A stretch of 64,000 bases of DNA from Herbaspirillum sp. (GCA_049278475.1 JBAPMF010000004.1:2560-66559), one strand, 5' to 3'. Positions 36,637 to 45,344 are shown, numbered from the stretch's first letter. The notes: a model not told the origin generated them from the letters alone. Translations and numbers: made by a program.

Positions 36637-37377
36637 CTATCTGGCCAGATAGTCATGGACGACCTCGCCGAGCCCGAGCGTCAGGTCGGCGACCAGGTGG
36701 CGCGCCTCGACGATTTCGAGCACCGGCAAGTCGGCGACCGGTGCCAGCGCGTGGGGTGCGAGCTGCAGCGAAGCAGGCCCCGTCCACGCGCCCTTCATCA
36801 CGATGTCCTTCATATAGTAGCGGACCAGTTCACAGATGCGCAGCGAGCCGTCCACGTGCGGAATGATCTTCAGCAGAAAGTTGGCCTCCTCAAGGCGCTT
36901 CTGCTGCTCGGCAACGTCGAGCTCGCGGTGCTTATACCCCATCGTGCCGATCGCAACTCGCACCTTGCCGTAATCAAGCGTGCCGAGCAGATGGTCGGTA
37001 TCCACGCGCAGCATCGGTGACGCGAGCTTCTTCGGGAAGCCCCACAGTTCGCGGCCGCCGGCGATGGGCGGATGATCGTCGAGATACATCGCGAACGTAT
37101 AGCCGCCCGCCTGACCTTCGAATTCGACCGGGATCACCTGACCGCTCTCGGTGTAGTCGCCGAAGCCCGTCGAATCCGCCATCCGGATGAATTCATAGTG
37201 TACGAGCGGCGCGGCGATCTTCAGCGGCTCGGGCACGACCTCGCGCAGCCGGTCGGGATCGGTACGGTAGGTAATGATCAGAAATTCGCGGCCGACGAAG
37301 CGATAGGGGCCCATCGGGAATGCGGGGCTAGTGAGCGGCATCGAAAACGCCTTCGACCGGACATCGTTTGGATTCAT
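36637..37377 (-). CDS. adc: Acetoacetate decarboxylase family protein
   Basis: ORF trimmed to ATG 37377. [40 protein letters not shown] matches the Adc-family N-terminus. 246 aa. Confidence 0.8.
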   Translation of the reverse strand: MNPNDVRSKAFSMPLTSPAFPMGPYRFVGREFLIITYRTDPDRLREVVPEPLKIAAPLVHYEFIRMADSTGFGDYTESGQVIPVEFEGQAGGYTFAMYLDDHPPIAGGRELWGFPKKLASPMLRVDTDHLLGTLDYGKVRVAIGTMGYKHRELDVAEQQKRLEEANFLLKIIPHVDGSLRICELVRYYMKDIVMKGAWTGPASLQLAPHALAPVADLPVLEIVEARHLVADLTLGLGEVVHDYLAR

Positions 37378-37512
37378 GCGCACCCCTTCTTGTATATTGT
37401 GCCGTGGATCAGGAACTTCCCATCCTATACCAGTATCGGGGATACAGAGGCATTGCAATTTCTTGAAACGGCGCGCAAAGCAAGCTGTATTTCTTCACTG
37501 AGCGCCGACAGA

Positions 37513-39780
37513 CTACTGCTGTCTGACGCAATCCACGAAATAATCGCGCCTTCCATCCACTTCCCGCTTGACCAATCCATGCACGTCAGTTTCGAAACCG
37601 GGGAATTTTTCGTTGAAATCGCGCGCGAACTTCAGGTAATCGACGATAGTCTTGTTAAAGCGCTCGCCGGGAATCAGCAACGGGATGCCGGGCGGATAAG
37701 GCGTCAGCAGGATCGAGGTGACGCGGCCTTCCAGCGCATCCAGCGGCACGCGGTCGATTTCGCGGTGCGCCATTTTCGAGAACGCATCGGAGGGCTTCAT
37801 CGCTGGCTGCATGTCGGACAAATACATTTCCGTCGTCAGGCGCGCGACGTCGTAGATACGATAGGTTTCGTGGATCTGCTGGCACAGGTCGCGCAGACCC
37901 AGAGACTCGTAACGCACGTTGCGGCCTTGATTGGCGGCCGCGAACTCAGGCAGGATGCGCCAAATCGGCTGGTTCTTGTCGTAGTCGTCCTTGAACTGCT
38001 GCAAGGCGGTGACCAGCGTATTCCATCGGCCCTTGGTGATACCGATGGTAAACATGATGAAAAACGAGTACAGTCCGCACTTTTCGACGATGACGCCGTG
38101 TTCCGCCAGATACTTGGTGACGATCGAGGCCGGAATGCCGGTCTGACCGAACTGGCCGTCCAGCGACAGGCCCGGCGTGACGATGGTAGCCTTGATCGGG
38201 TCGAGCATGTTGAAGCCCGGCGCCAGATTGCCGAAGCCGTGCCAGTCGTCTTCCGCCTTGATGACCCAGTCTTCGCGTGCACCGATGCCGTCGGCAGAGA
38301 AGTCGTTCGGCCCCCAGACCTGAAACCACCAGTCCTGACCGAACTCCTGGGCGATCTTTTTCATGGCGCGGCGAAAATCCAACGCTTCCAGAATGCTTTC
38401 TTCCACCAGCGCAGTGCCGCCCGGCGCCTCCATCATGGCCGCAGCGACGTCACACGAAGCGATGATCGAGTATTGCGGCGAAGTCGAGGTATGCATCAGG
38501 AAGGCTTCGTTGAAGACATCCTGATCGAGCCGCATGGTTTCCGATTCACGCACCAGAATCTGCGATGCCTGCGACAGGCCGGCCAGCAGCTTGTGGGTCG
38601 ATTGGGTCGAAAAAATCATTGATTTCCTGGCACGCGGACGATTTTTGCCGATGGCGTGCATGTTTTTGTAGAAATCATGAAAGGTTGCATGCGGCAGCCA
38701 AGCTTCGTCGAAGTGCAGGGTGTCGATTTCACCGTCGAGCATCTGCTTCAGGGTTTCGACATTGTAGATCACACCGTCGTAGGTCGATTGCGTGATGGTC
38801 AAGATGCGCGGTTTCTTGTTCACGGCTTCGCGCGCGAACGGATTGGCTTCGATTTTTTTATAGATGCTTTCCATCATGAACTCTTCCAGCGGAATCGGTC
38901 CGATGATGCCGAGATGGTTGCGCGTCGGCATCAGGAACACGGGAATCGCGCCAGTCATGATGATGGAATGCAGGATGGATTTGTGGCAATTGCGATCGAC
39001 CACCACGATATCGCCGGGCGCCACCGTCGAGTGCCACACCATCTTGTTGGAAGTCGAGGTGCCATTAGTGACGAAATAGCAATGGTCGGCATTGAAAATA
39101 CGCGCGGCATTGCGTTCCGAATTGGCGACCGGACCGGTGTGGTCGAGCAACTGGCCAAGCTCTTCAACGGCATTGCAAACGTCGGCGCGCAGCATGTTTT
39201 CACCGAAGAACTGATGGAACATCTGGCCGATCGGCGATTTCAGGAATGCCACGCCGCCCGAATGGCCGGGGCAGTGCCATGAATACGAACCATCCTGCGC
39301 GTAATGCACCAGCGCACGGAAGAACGGCGGCGCCAGGCTATCGAGATAAGATCTGGCTTCGCGGATGATATGACGCGCCACGAACTCCGGCGTATCTTCG
39401 AACATGTGAATGAAGCCGTGCAGCTCGCGCAGAATGTCGTTAGGAATATCGCGCGAGGTGCGGGTTTCGCCATACAGGTAAATCGGAATGTCAGCGTTCT
39501 TGTGGCGAATCTCGCTGACGAAGGCACGCAGCGATTTGAGCGCGAAATCGGTTTCTTCAGAAGATCCGGTGCCGAACTCTTCATCATCGATCGACAGGAT
39601 GAAAGCGGATGCACGCGATTGCTGCTGAGCAAATTGCGACAGGTCGCCGTAGCTGGTCACCCCCAATACTTCCATGCCCTCTGCCTGGATGGCATCAGCC
39701 AGCGCGCGGATACCGAGACCGGAGGTATTTTCAGAGCGGAAATCTTCATCGATGATGACGATGGGAAAGCGGAATCTCAT
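37513..39780 (-). CDS. Orn/Lys/Arg decarboxylase, large fold-III-independent (AAT-fold) family with N-terminal wing domain
   Basis: 755 aa. N-terminal receiver-like wing domain MRFRFPIVIIDEDF. PLP-Lys motif FSTQSTHKLLAG. Overall similarity to LdcC/AdiA/SpeF-type enzymes; substrate cannot be assigned from sequence alone. Confidence 0.9.
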   Translation of the reverse strand: MRFRFPIVIIDEDFRSENTSGLGIRALADAIQAEGMEVLGVTSYGDLSQFAQQQSRASAFILSIDDEEFGTGSSEETDFALKSLRAFVSEIRHKNADIPIYLYGETRTSRDIPNDILRELHGFIHMFEDTPEFVARHIIREARSYLDSLAPPFFRALVHYAQDGSYSWHCPGHSGGVAFLKSPIGQMFHQFFGENMLRADVCNAVEELGQLLDHTGPVANSERNAARIFNADHCYFVTNGTSTSNKMVWHSTVAPGDIVVVDRNCHKSILHSIIMTGAIPVFLMPTRNHLGIIGPIPLEEFMMESIYKKIEANPFAREAVNKKPRILTITQSTYDGVIYNVETLKQMLDGEIDTLHFDEAWLPHATFHDFYKNMHAIGKNRPRARKSMIFSTQSTHKLLAGLSQASQILVRESETMRLDQDVFNEAFLMHTSTSPQYSIIASCDVAAAMMEAPGGTALVEESILEALDFRRAMKKIAQEFGQDWWFQVWGPNDFSADGIGAREDWVIKAEDDWHGFGNLAPGFNMLDPIKATIVTPGLSLDGQFGQTGIPASIVTKYLAEHGVIVEKCGLYSFFIMFTIGITKGRWNTLVTALQQFKDDYDKNQPIWRILPEFAAANQGRNVRYESLGLRDLCQQIHETYRIYDVARLTTEMYLSDMQPAMKPSDAFSKMAHREIDRVPLDALEGRVTSILLTPYPPGIPLLIPGERFNKTIVDYLKFARDFNEKFPGFETDVHGLVKREVDGRRDYFVDCVRQQ

Positions 39781-39804
39781 AGGTTCTCCAGATTCCCGAT
39801 CGGT

Positions 39805-40305
39805 TCAGCGTCTTGCATATGTCACGAATGCGTAGTCAAATCCCTGGGTTGCGGCGCGATGGTTTTCCCGCGCCACCTCTTGCCATAGCTGGGGATCGAT
39901 GAATGGAAAAAAAGCATCGCAGTCGAAGCTTTTGGCGATTTCAGTCACAATCAGGCGCGTCGCCAGCGGCAGCGATTCGGCATAAATCTGGGCGCCGCCG
40001 ATGATGAAAGTATCCGCGCCGGCTGTCAATGCAACGGCTTCCTGTAAAGATGAGGCGGTTTCGACGCCGGTGTGCCGCCAGTCGCTGCGGGTAACGACGA
40101 TATTACGGCGACCCGGCAGCGCCCTCCCGATCGAATCGAAGGTCTTGCGACCCATGATGACCGGATGACCCAACGTGGCGCGCTTGAAATGGGCCAGGTC
40201 TTCCGGCAGATGCCAAGGCAAGGTGTCGTTGATGCCAATACCGTGCTGCCTGTCGGTAGCGACGATGATACACAACGTACCGGAAGCGTTGAAAACAGGT
40301 GACAT
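39805..40305 (-). CDS. folA: Dihydrofolate reductase
   Basis: ORF trimmed to ATG 40305. IGINDTLPWHLPEDLAHFKRATLGHPVIMGRKTFDSIG and FIIGGAQIY are canonical DHFR motifs. Confidence 0.9.
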   Translation of the reverse strand: MSPVFNASGTLCIIVATDRQHGIGINDTLPWHLPEDLAHFKRATLGHPVIMGRKTFDSIGRALPGRRNIVVTRSDWRHTGVETASSLQEAVALTAGADTFIIGGAQIYAESLPLATRLIVTEIAKSFDCDAFFPFIDPQLWQEVARENHRAATQGFDYAFVTYARR

Positions 40306-40369
40306 GCTGATCTTTTGTGCAGGATTGCCAGAAGCCGGTACACCGCGAGTCCGGGATGGATCACACAAT

Positions 40370-40397
40370 AAAAAAGCCAGACGAACCCGGCTTTTTT
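40370..40397 (-). terminator. Intrinsic terminator of the rpsF-priB-rpsR-rplI operon
   Basis: The minus-strand RNA reads AAAAAAGCCGGG-UUCG-UCUGGCUUUUUU. That is a 6-bp stem (two G.U pairs), a UUCG tetraloop and a U6 tract, 30 nt after the rplI stop. Confidence 0.7.
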
Positions 40398-40429
40398 ATG
40401 TCAGGCAAAGAACGAAATGACGTAAAAAA

Positions 40430-40882
40430 TTACGCGTGGTCGCCGAAGACAGCAATAGTCATGTCAACCACGACATCGGTATGCAGAGTAACCGAAACCA
40501 CATGATCGCCAACGATCTTCAGTGGGCCGTGCGGCAGACGAATTTGAGCCTTTTCAACTGGAAAGCCCTGTTTTGTCAGCGCTTCAGCAATATCAAAGTT
40601 GGTCACGGAACCGAACAGGCGACCATCGACACCGGACTTTTGCAAAATCCGGACAGTCAGGCCGCCCAGCTTTTCGCCTTGCGCTTGCGCTGCCGCCAGC
40701 CTTTCTGCAGCTGCCTTTGCCAGCTCGGCGCGCTTCGTTTCAAATTCAGCGATAGCGCTCGCCGTGGCGCGGCGCGCCATGCGTCGCGGGATCAGGAAGT
40801 TACGCGCATAACCGTCCTTGACACGAACGACTTCGCCCAGGCCACCAAGATTAACGACTTTATCCAATAGAATGACTTGCAT
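40430..40882 (-). CDS. rplI: 50S ribosomal protein L9
   Basis: ORF trimmed to ATG 40882. [32 protein letters not shown] is canonical L9. Confidence 0.95.
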   Translation of the reverse strand: MQVILLDKVVNLGGLGEVVRVKDGYARNFLIPRRMARRATASAIAEFETKRAELAKAAAERLAAAQAQGEKLGGLTVRILQKSGVDGRLFGSVTNFDIAEALTKQGFPVEKAQIRLPHGPLKIVGDHVVSVTLHTDVVVDMTIAVFGDHA

Positions 40883-40908
40883 ATTTTTCTCCTGTATCTC
40901 GTCGTCGA

Positions 40909-41193
40909 TCACGCGTTATGCAGATCAGTGTATGGCAGCAACGCGAGATAGCGCGCGCGCTTGATCGCTGTATCGACCTGGCGCTGATAATGCGCCTTGG
41001 TGCCGGTCAGACGCGCGGGCATGATCTTGCCGTTTTCCTGCACAAAATCCTTCAACGTGTCGATATCCTTGTAATCGACCTGCTCGACACCGGCTGCGGT
41101 GAAACGGCAGAATTTTTTGCGCTTGAACAACGGATTTTGCTGCTGGCGCTTTTGCTTCAACTTACTTTTATCGAATTTTTTACCGAATGCCAT
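40909..41193 (-). CDS. rpsR: 30S ribosomal protein S18
   Basis: [61 protein letters not shown] is canonical S18. Confidence 0.95.
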   Translation of the reverse strand: MAFGKKFDKSKLKQKRQQQNPLFKRKKFCRFTAAGVEQVDYKDIDTLKDFVQENGKIMPARLTGTKAHYQRQVDTAIKRARYLALLPYTDLHNA

Positions 41194-41227
41194 TTTGCGG
41201 CTCCTGATCTATAAAAACTGGGCAGTT

Positions 41228-41521
41228 CTACACCACGGATTCAAAATCAATGATGTGAAACACGAAACTTTTGCTGCGACGATTTTTACGCGCCATGAAG
41301 CCGATGAACCTAAATATCTCACCAAGACCAGCCTGATGAAATCTGCCTGAAATCTCACCTGCGGCAAATGCAGTGATTTCAAATTCGACCAATCGCCTAA
41401 TGCCAGCTTCAGTCTGTTCCGACTGGTGCCATAATTTCGCGGTCACTACCGGAATGCCAGCCGGAGTGTAACGTATGACGTCACGCTCGGCAATGCTGGC
41501 AACCAGCTGGAACTGGTTCAC
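41228..41521 (-). CDS. priB: Primosomal replication protein N (PriB)
   Basis: 97-aa OB-fold protein between rpsF and rpsR. NQFQLVASIAERDVIRYTPAGIPVVTAKLWHQSEQTEAG is PriB-like. Confidence 0.85.
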   Translation of the reverse strand: MNQFQLVASIAERDVIRYTPAGIPVVTAKLWHQSEQTEAGIRRLVEFEITAFAAGEISGRFHQAGLGEIFRFIGFMARKNRRSKSFVFHIIDFESVV

Positions 41522-41555
41522 TCTTCCTGGCGCTTTTCTATCGCGGCATCAGCAA

Positions 41556-41924
41556 TCAAGCTGCTGGCGCCTCTGCGCGATTGCCCTTTGCCGCATCTTC
41601 CTTTTGGACAGCCTTCACGATTGGCGAAGGGCCAGTTTCGGCCTGCTTCATCTTGACTGTCAAGTGACGCAACACAGCATCGTTGAACTTGAAGCTGGTT
41701 TCGATTTCAGCCAGGGTTTCGCCGTCAATTTCGATATTCAGGCAAGCATAATGCGCTTTCACCAGTTTCTGGATCGGGTACGCCAACTGACGACGACCCC
41801 AATCTTCGACGCGGTGAATCTTGCCGCCGCGCGCAGTAACGATGCCCTTGTAACGCTCAATCATCGCTGGAACCTGCTCGCTTTGATCCGGGTGGACGAT
41901 AAATACGATTTCATAATGACGCAT
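41556..41924 (-). CDS. rpsF: 30S ribosomal protein S6
   Basis: ORF trimmed to ATG 41924. [29 protein letters not shown] is canonical S6. Confidence 0.95.
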   Translation of the reverse strand: MRHYEIVFIVHPDQSEQVPAMIERYKGIVTARGGKIHRVEDWGRRQLAYPIQKLVKAHYACLNIEIDGETLAEIETSFKFNDAVLRHLTVKMKQAETGPSPIVKAVQKEDAAKGNRAEAPAA

Positions 41925-42082
41925 GAAGACTCCTTTTCGGACTGATTGACAAATCGCCCACCCCGGCGTCAAGACGAGTGTGGGAAGAGGAAAACTGGCG
42001 AGGGTACAACAAAAATCAAAAAATCTCAATACATTCAGGCCCTTTCTTGCAGACTGCCCTGCTCATTGACACTGCCTGATGA

Positions 42083-42098
42083 CTGTATAAAAATACAG
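42083..42098. promoter_or_regulatory. LexA operator (SOS box) 1 upstream of lexA
   Basis: CTGTATAAAAATACAG is a perfect CTGT-N8-ACAG palindrome of the gamma/beta-proteobacterial LexA consensus. Confidence 0.75.
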
Positions 42099-42099
42099 A

Positions 42100-42115
42100 C
42101 TGTTTATGCAACCAG
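42100..42115. promoter_or_regulatory. LexA operator (SOS box) 2, degenerate
   Basis: CTGTTTATGCAACCAG is CTGT-N8-CCAG, one mismatch to consensus. It starts 2 nt after box 1. Tandem boxes are known for E. coli lexA. Confidence 0.5.
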
Positions 42116-42119
42116 TATA

Positions 42120-42224
42120 AGAGCCGCTAACACAACGCCGCTGGCTGCGTTGCGCCTGCTTGCCGTACCTCTTCGCACTGTCTTCGTCGGCGCGCCTTGC
42201 CAGCGGCGTTGTGTTAGCGGCTCT
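42120..42224. repeat. Palindromic REP/MITE-like element, long form (25-bp perfect arms, 55-bp spacer) in the lexA leader
   Basis: Arms are AGAGCCGCTAACACAACGCCGCTGG (42120..42144) and its exact reverse complement (42200..42224). The 19-nt core is identical to the element at 45090. Confidence 0.75.
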
Positions 42225-42247
42225 AAGCCTCCCCCCTGAAAACCGAC

Positions 42248-42907
42248 ATGCTGAAACTGACCGCTCGCCAGGAACAGATCCTGAATCTGATCAAAAACGC
42301 CATTGAAAACACCGGTTTTCCGCCAACACGCGCAGAAATCGCCAGCGCACTGGGCTTTCGCTCCGCCAACGCGGCCGAAGAACATTTGCAAGCCCTGGCG
42401 CGCAAAGGCGCCATTGAAATTTCGCCAGGCACGTCACGCGGCATTCGCTTGCGTGAAATCAGGCCCTCTCTATTCGGCAGCCGTCAGATGGCGTTGCCCC
42501 ATCCCGCACTGATGCAGATCTCACTCCCCCTGGTTGGGCGCGTCGCCGCCGGCTCACCGATCCTGGCGCAGGAGCACATTGAAAGCGAAAGCAATTACAG
42601 CATCGATCCCATGCTGTTTTCAAGCAAACCCGACTATCTGCTGAGAGTGCGCGGCATGTCGATGCGCGACGCCGGCATCCTCGATGGCGACCTGCTGGCA
42701 GTCAAAAAGACTGATCAGGCTCGCAACGGCCAGATCGTGGTGGCGCGCTTGGGCGACGACGTGACAGTAAAACGCTACAGAAAAACAGGCACGCTGATCG
42801 AACTGCTACCGGAAAATCCCGACTTCAAGGTCATTATCCTCTCACCCGAAGAAAACAGTTTCACCCTGGAAGGCCTCGCAGTCGGTTTACTTCGCAGTTG
42901 GATCTGA
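42248..42907 (+). CDS. lexA: SOS repressor LexA
   Basis: N-terminal w[18 protein letters not shown]...[10 protein letters not shown], Ala-Gly cleavage site in GRVAAGSPI, and the Ser/Lys dyad (RGMSM ... VKRY). Confidence 0.95.
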   Translation: MLKLTARQEQILNLIKNAIENTGFPPTRAEIASALGFRSANAAEEHLQALARKGAIEISPGTSRGIRLREIRPSLFGSRQMALPHPALMQISLPLVGRVAAGSPILAQEHIESESNYSIDPMLFSSKPDYLLRVRGMSMRDAGILDGDLLAVKKTDQARNGQIVVARLGDDVTVKRYRKTGTLIELLPENPDFKVIILSPEENSFTLEGLAVGLLRSWI

Positions 42908-43123
42908 CCCTTCGCGCCATCCCCTCCTCTGTAGATTCCGTAAAAATCGCGGTTTTTTTCCATCTGTTTACCCAATCAAAATGGGAGTTGCATCCTATCA
43001 TGATAGGCGCAGAATCTTTCGCTCATGCCAACTGCCCCCGATTCGTCACCCCGATGCCGGTTCACGTCAGGCTGTATTTCCGGAAGCACATGGCACGCTC
43101 TACCTGATTAGCAAGGAACGTCA

Positions 43124-45091
43124 ATGTCAACGCGCAACGGCAAAAAGCTGGCCGGCAATACCCCTCAATACGACGTCAAGGATTTGATCGCCATCCGTGA
43201 ATGTCTGAGCCTGCTCAGTGAACATAAAGCCGAAGAAGCAGAGGAACTTTGCGCCAAAGTGCTCAAACGTGCGCCAAACCTGGTTTTTGCCCATAATGCC
43301 CACGGTTTGATCGCCCTGCATCAAGAAAATTACCCGGAAGCCGAAACTGCCTTGCGCAAAGCAGTAAAGGGTGACCCGCAGAATGCCGAATACATCACCA
43401 ATCTGGCAAATTCCATTTTCAAACAAGAACGTACCAATGAAGCGATCAATCTCTACGAAGAAGCTATCAAATACAATCCTGAAAACAAAGATGCCCGTAT
43501 AGGTCTGGCCGACGCCCTTCACGAAAAAGGAGACCCGGAAGCCTCGATTGCCTATTTTGAAGATGCTGTCAAACGCGCGCCCGATGCACCCGGTCCTCTT
43601 TCTCACCTGGGCAAAGCGCTGATCGACGCAAAAAAATATAAAGAAGCCGTGGCCACGCTGCTCAAGGCCCTGGAGTTGCAAATCAACTTTGCGCCAGCCC
43701 ACACCAATCTTGGCATTGCCTTTCAGGAAATGAACATGCCAAACGAAGCACTGGAGTGCCACAAAACATCCCTGCTGCTCGACCCGACTGATATCTATGC
43801 GCAAAACAGGATTGCAGATACCTACATCAAGCAAAAGGAATACGACAAGGCCCACGAACACTATGAGCGCGTCATCGAACTCGCGCCCAAAGACCCGAAC
43901 AGTTATACCAGACTGGCATCGAGCATGTTCTCCAACCAGGACCGCTACGAAGGAGCGATGGAATTTTTCCATAAGGCACTGGAGATCAACCCCAGGCACC
44001 CGCTGACGCTCAATAACATAGGGGCGATCATGTACGACTATGGCGAGATCAAAACTTCGCTACAGTATTTCCTCGACGCACTGACATTGAAGCCAAACTA
44101 TCTGATGGCCAGACACAATCTGGCGCTGGGACAGCTGCTCATCGGCGACCTTCAGGAAGGCTGGGCCAATCACGAGTGCCGGCTGGAGCTCAAGGAGCGA
44201 CGCCACATCTATAAGCTCATTCACAAATTGTTTGAACTGATACCGAAATGGGATGGCATATCGCCGCTCAAGGGCAAATATATTCTGCTGATGCACGAAC
44301 AAGGCTACGGCGACAGCATTCAGTTCGCCCGTTATGTACACATGCTGCTGGATCAAGGCGTCCGCGTCGCCCTGCACGTCAAAGCCCCATTAGCGCGCTT
44401 GTTTCGCACCTTATCGGACAACATCACACTGGTCAGAGAAAACGACCCACTGCCCAAATGCGACTGCGCCTATGTATTGATGAGCCTGCCTCACGCGCTT
44501 GGCACCAATCGCATCGAAGACATTCCTGCCGCCCCATCATATCTGTCGGCAGATCCGGATGAAAGCGCTGCATGGGCCTTCAAGCTGGATCAGCTTGCAG
44601 GCAACAAGACCGACCTGCGCGTCGGCTTTGCCTGGGCAGGCAACCCAGAGCATGGCAGTGATCGCCGCCGTTCTATCCCTCTGGAAACGTTTTCCGCTCT
44701 CTTCGACACACCCGGCGTGAAATTTTTCTCCCTTCAGAAAGGCCATGTGACTCCGGAACTGGGAAAATTATCCAAAGAATTACCCGTATTCAATATCGGC
44801 GACGATTTTCAGGACTTTGCCGACACTGCCGCTGCCATGGTAAACCTGGACCTGGTGATCAGCGTGGATACCTCGGTAGTGCATTTGGCTGGGGCGCTAG
44901 GCATACCGACCTGGGCATTATTGGCGCACACCCCTGACTGGCGCTGGTTCAACGGGCGCGAAGACTCTCCCTGGTACCCAAGCATGCGCCTGTTCAGGCA
45001 GCAAAGCCGTGGCGACTGGCCCGGCGTCATTGCAAAAATAGCAACAGAACTTTCTTTATCAAAAGATAAAAAGACGCAAAACCTGAATTAG
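43124..45091 (+). CDS. TPR-repeat protein fused to a C-terminal GT9-like (heptosyltransferase-family, GT-B) glycosyltransferase domain
   Basis: The N-terminal ~330 aa contain about 8 TPR units (repeated A..Y/F..A..L.P motifs). The C-terminal half has EQGYGDSIQFARYV and DFADTAAAMVNLDLVISVDTSVVHLAGALGIPTWALL, resembling the GT9 D(S/T)GxxHLAxAxGxP motif. Confidence 0.8.
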   Translation: MSTRNGKKLAGNTPQYDVKDLIAIRECLSLLSEHKAEEAEELCAKVLKRAPNLVFAHNAHGLIALHQENYPEAETALRKAVKGDPQNAEYITNLANSIFKQERTNEAINLYEEAIKYNPENKDARIGLADALHEKGDPEASIAYFEDAVKRAPDAPGPLSHLGKALIDAKKYKEAVATLLKALELQINFAPAHTNLGIAFQEMNMPNEALECHKTSLLLDPTDIYAQNRIADTYIKQKEYDKAHEHYERVIELAPKDPNSYTRLASSMFSNQDRYEGAMEFFHKALEINPRHPLTLNNIGAIMYDYGEIKTSLQYFLDALTLKPNYLMARHNLALGQLLIGDLQEGWANHECRLELKERRHIYKLIHKLFELIPKWDGISPLKGKYILLMHEQGYGDSIQFARYVHMLLDQGVRVALHVKAPLARLFRTLSDNITLVRENDPLPKCDCAYVLMSLPHALGTNRIEDIPAAPSYLSADPDESAAWAFKLDQLAGNKTDLRVGFAWAGNPEHGSDRRRSIPLETFSALFDTPGVKFFSLQKGHVTPELGKLSKELPVFNIGDDFQDFADTAAAMVNLDLVISVDTSVVHLAGALGIPTWALLAHTPDWRWFNGREDSPWYPSMRLFRQQSRGDWPGVIAKIATELSLSKDKKTQNLN

Positions 45092-45136
45092 AGCCGCTAA
45101 CACAACGCCTGCTGACTGCGTTGTGTTAACGGCTCT
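45090..45136. repeat. Palindromic REP-like element, short form (19-bp stem, 1 mismatch, 9-nt loop) overlapping the stop codon of the TPR-GT9 gene
   Basis: AGAGCCGCTAACACAACGC-CTGCTGACT-GCGTTGTGTTAACGGCTCT. The left arm is identical to 42120..42138. No downstream T-tract. Confidence 0.75.
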
Positions 45137-45221
45137 TAATCAACCAACCATCCTGGCAAACGATTGCATTGCACCAACGCCAGCACAGTATGCTTTTGAA
45201 AATTTTATCAATATTTTCCAC

Positions 45222-45248
45222 TAAAGTTTTCCAGAATAACGTCGAAAT
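45222..45248 (+). promoter_or_regulatory. Candidate sigma-28 (FliA) promoter, distal, upstream of fliC
   Basis: TAAAGTTT-N11-GTCGAAAT against consensus TAAAGTTT-N11-GCCGATAA: 8/8 at -35, 5/8 at -10, exact spacing. Confidence 0.45.
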
Positions 45249-45317
45249 AAGACTGGCTTGACAGAAACGCGCAGTTTTGCGTCGGGCAACATGGGAAGAA
45301 AATCTTGCAATAGATAT

Positions 45318-45344
45318 TAAACTTTTTCCGATATCGTCCGATAT
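45318..45344 (+). promoter_or_regulatory. Candidate sigma-28 (FliA) promoter, proximal, upstream of fliC
   Basis: TAAACTTT-N11-TCCGATAT: 7/8 at -35, 6/8 at -10, exact spacing. It lies about 100 nt upstream of the fliC ATG. Confidence 0.55.

Noticed and set aside
34659-38622. Plus-strand ORFs 34659..36137 (492 aa), 35681..36652 (323 aa) and 37072..38622 (516 aa)
   Set aside because: They are antisense to the patatin, bdhA, adc and decarboxylase genes. Their composition is Arg/Ala/His/Gly-rich. I take them as a symptom of high GC3 (used as evidence in the G+C-rich module finding), not as genes.
42120-45136. Idea that the two palindromic elements are the ends of a composite transposon or mobile cassette carrying lexA and the GT gene
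   Set aside because: There is no transposase or integrase between them. Each copy is itself a palindrome, not a pair of terminal inverted repeats. lexA is a core gene with its own SOS boxes outside the bracket. REP-like dispersal is the simpler explanation.
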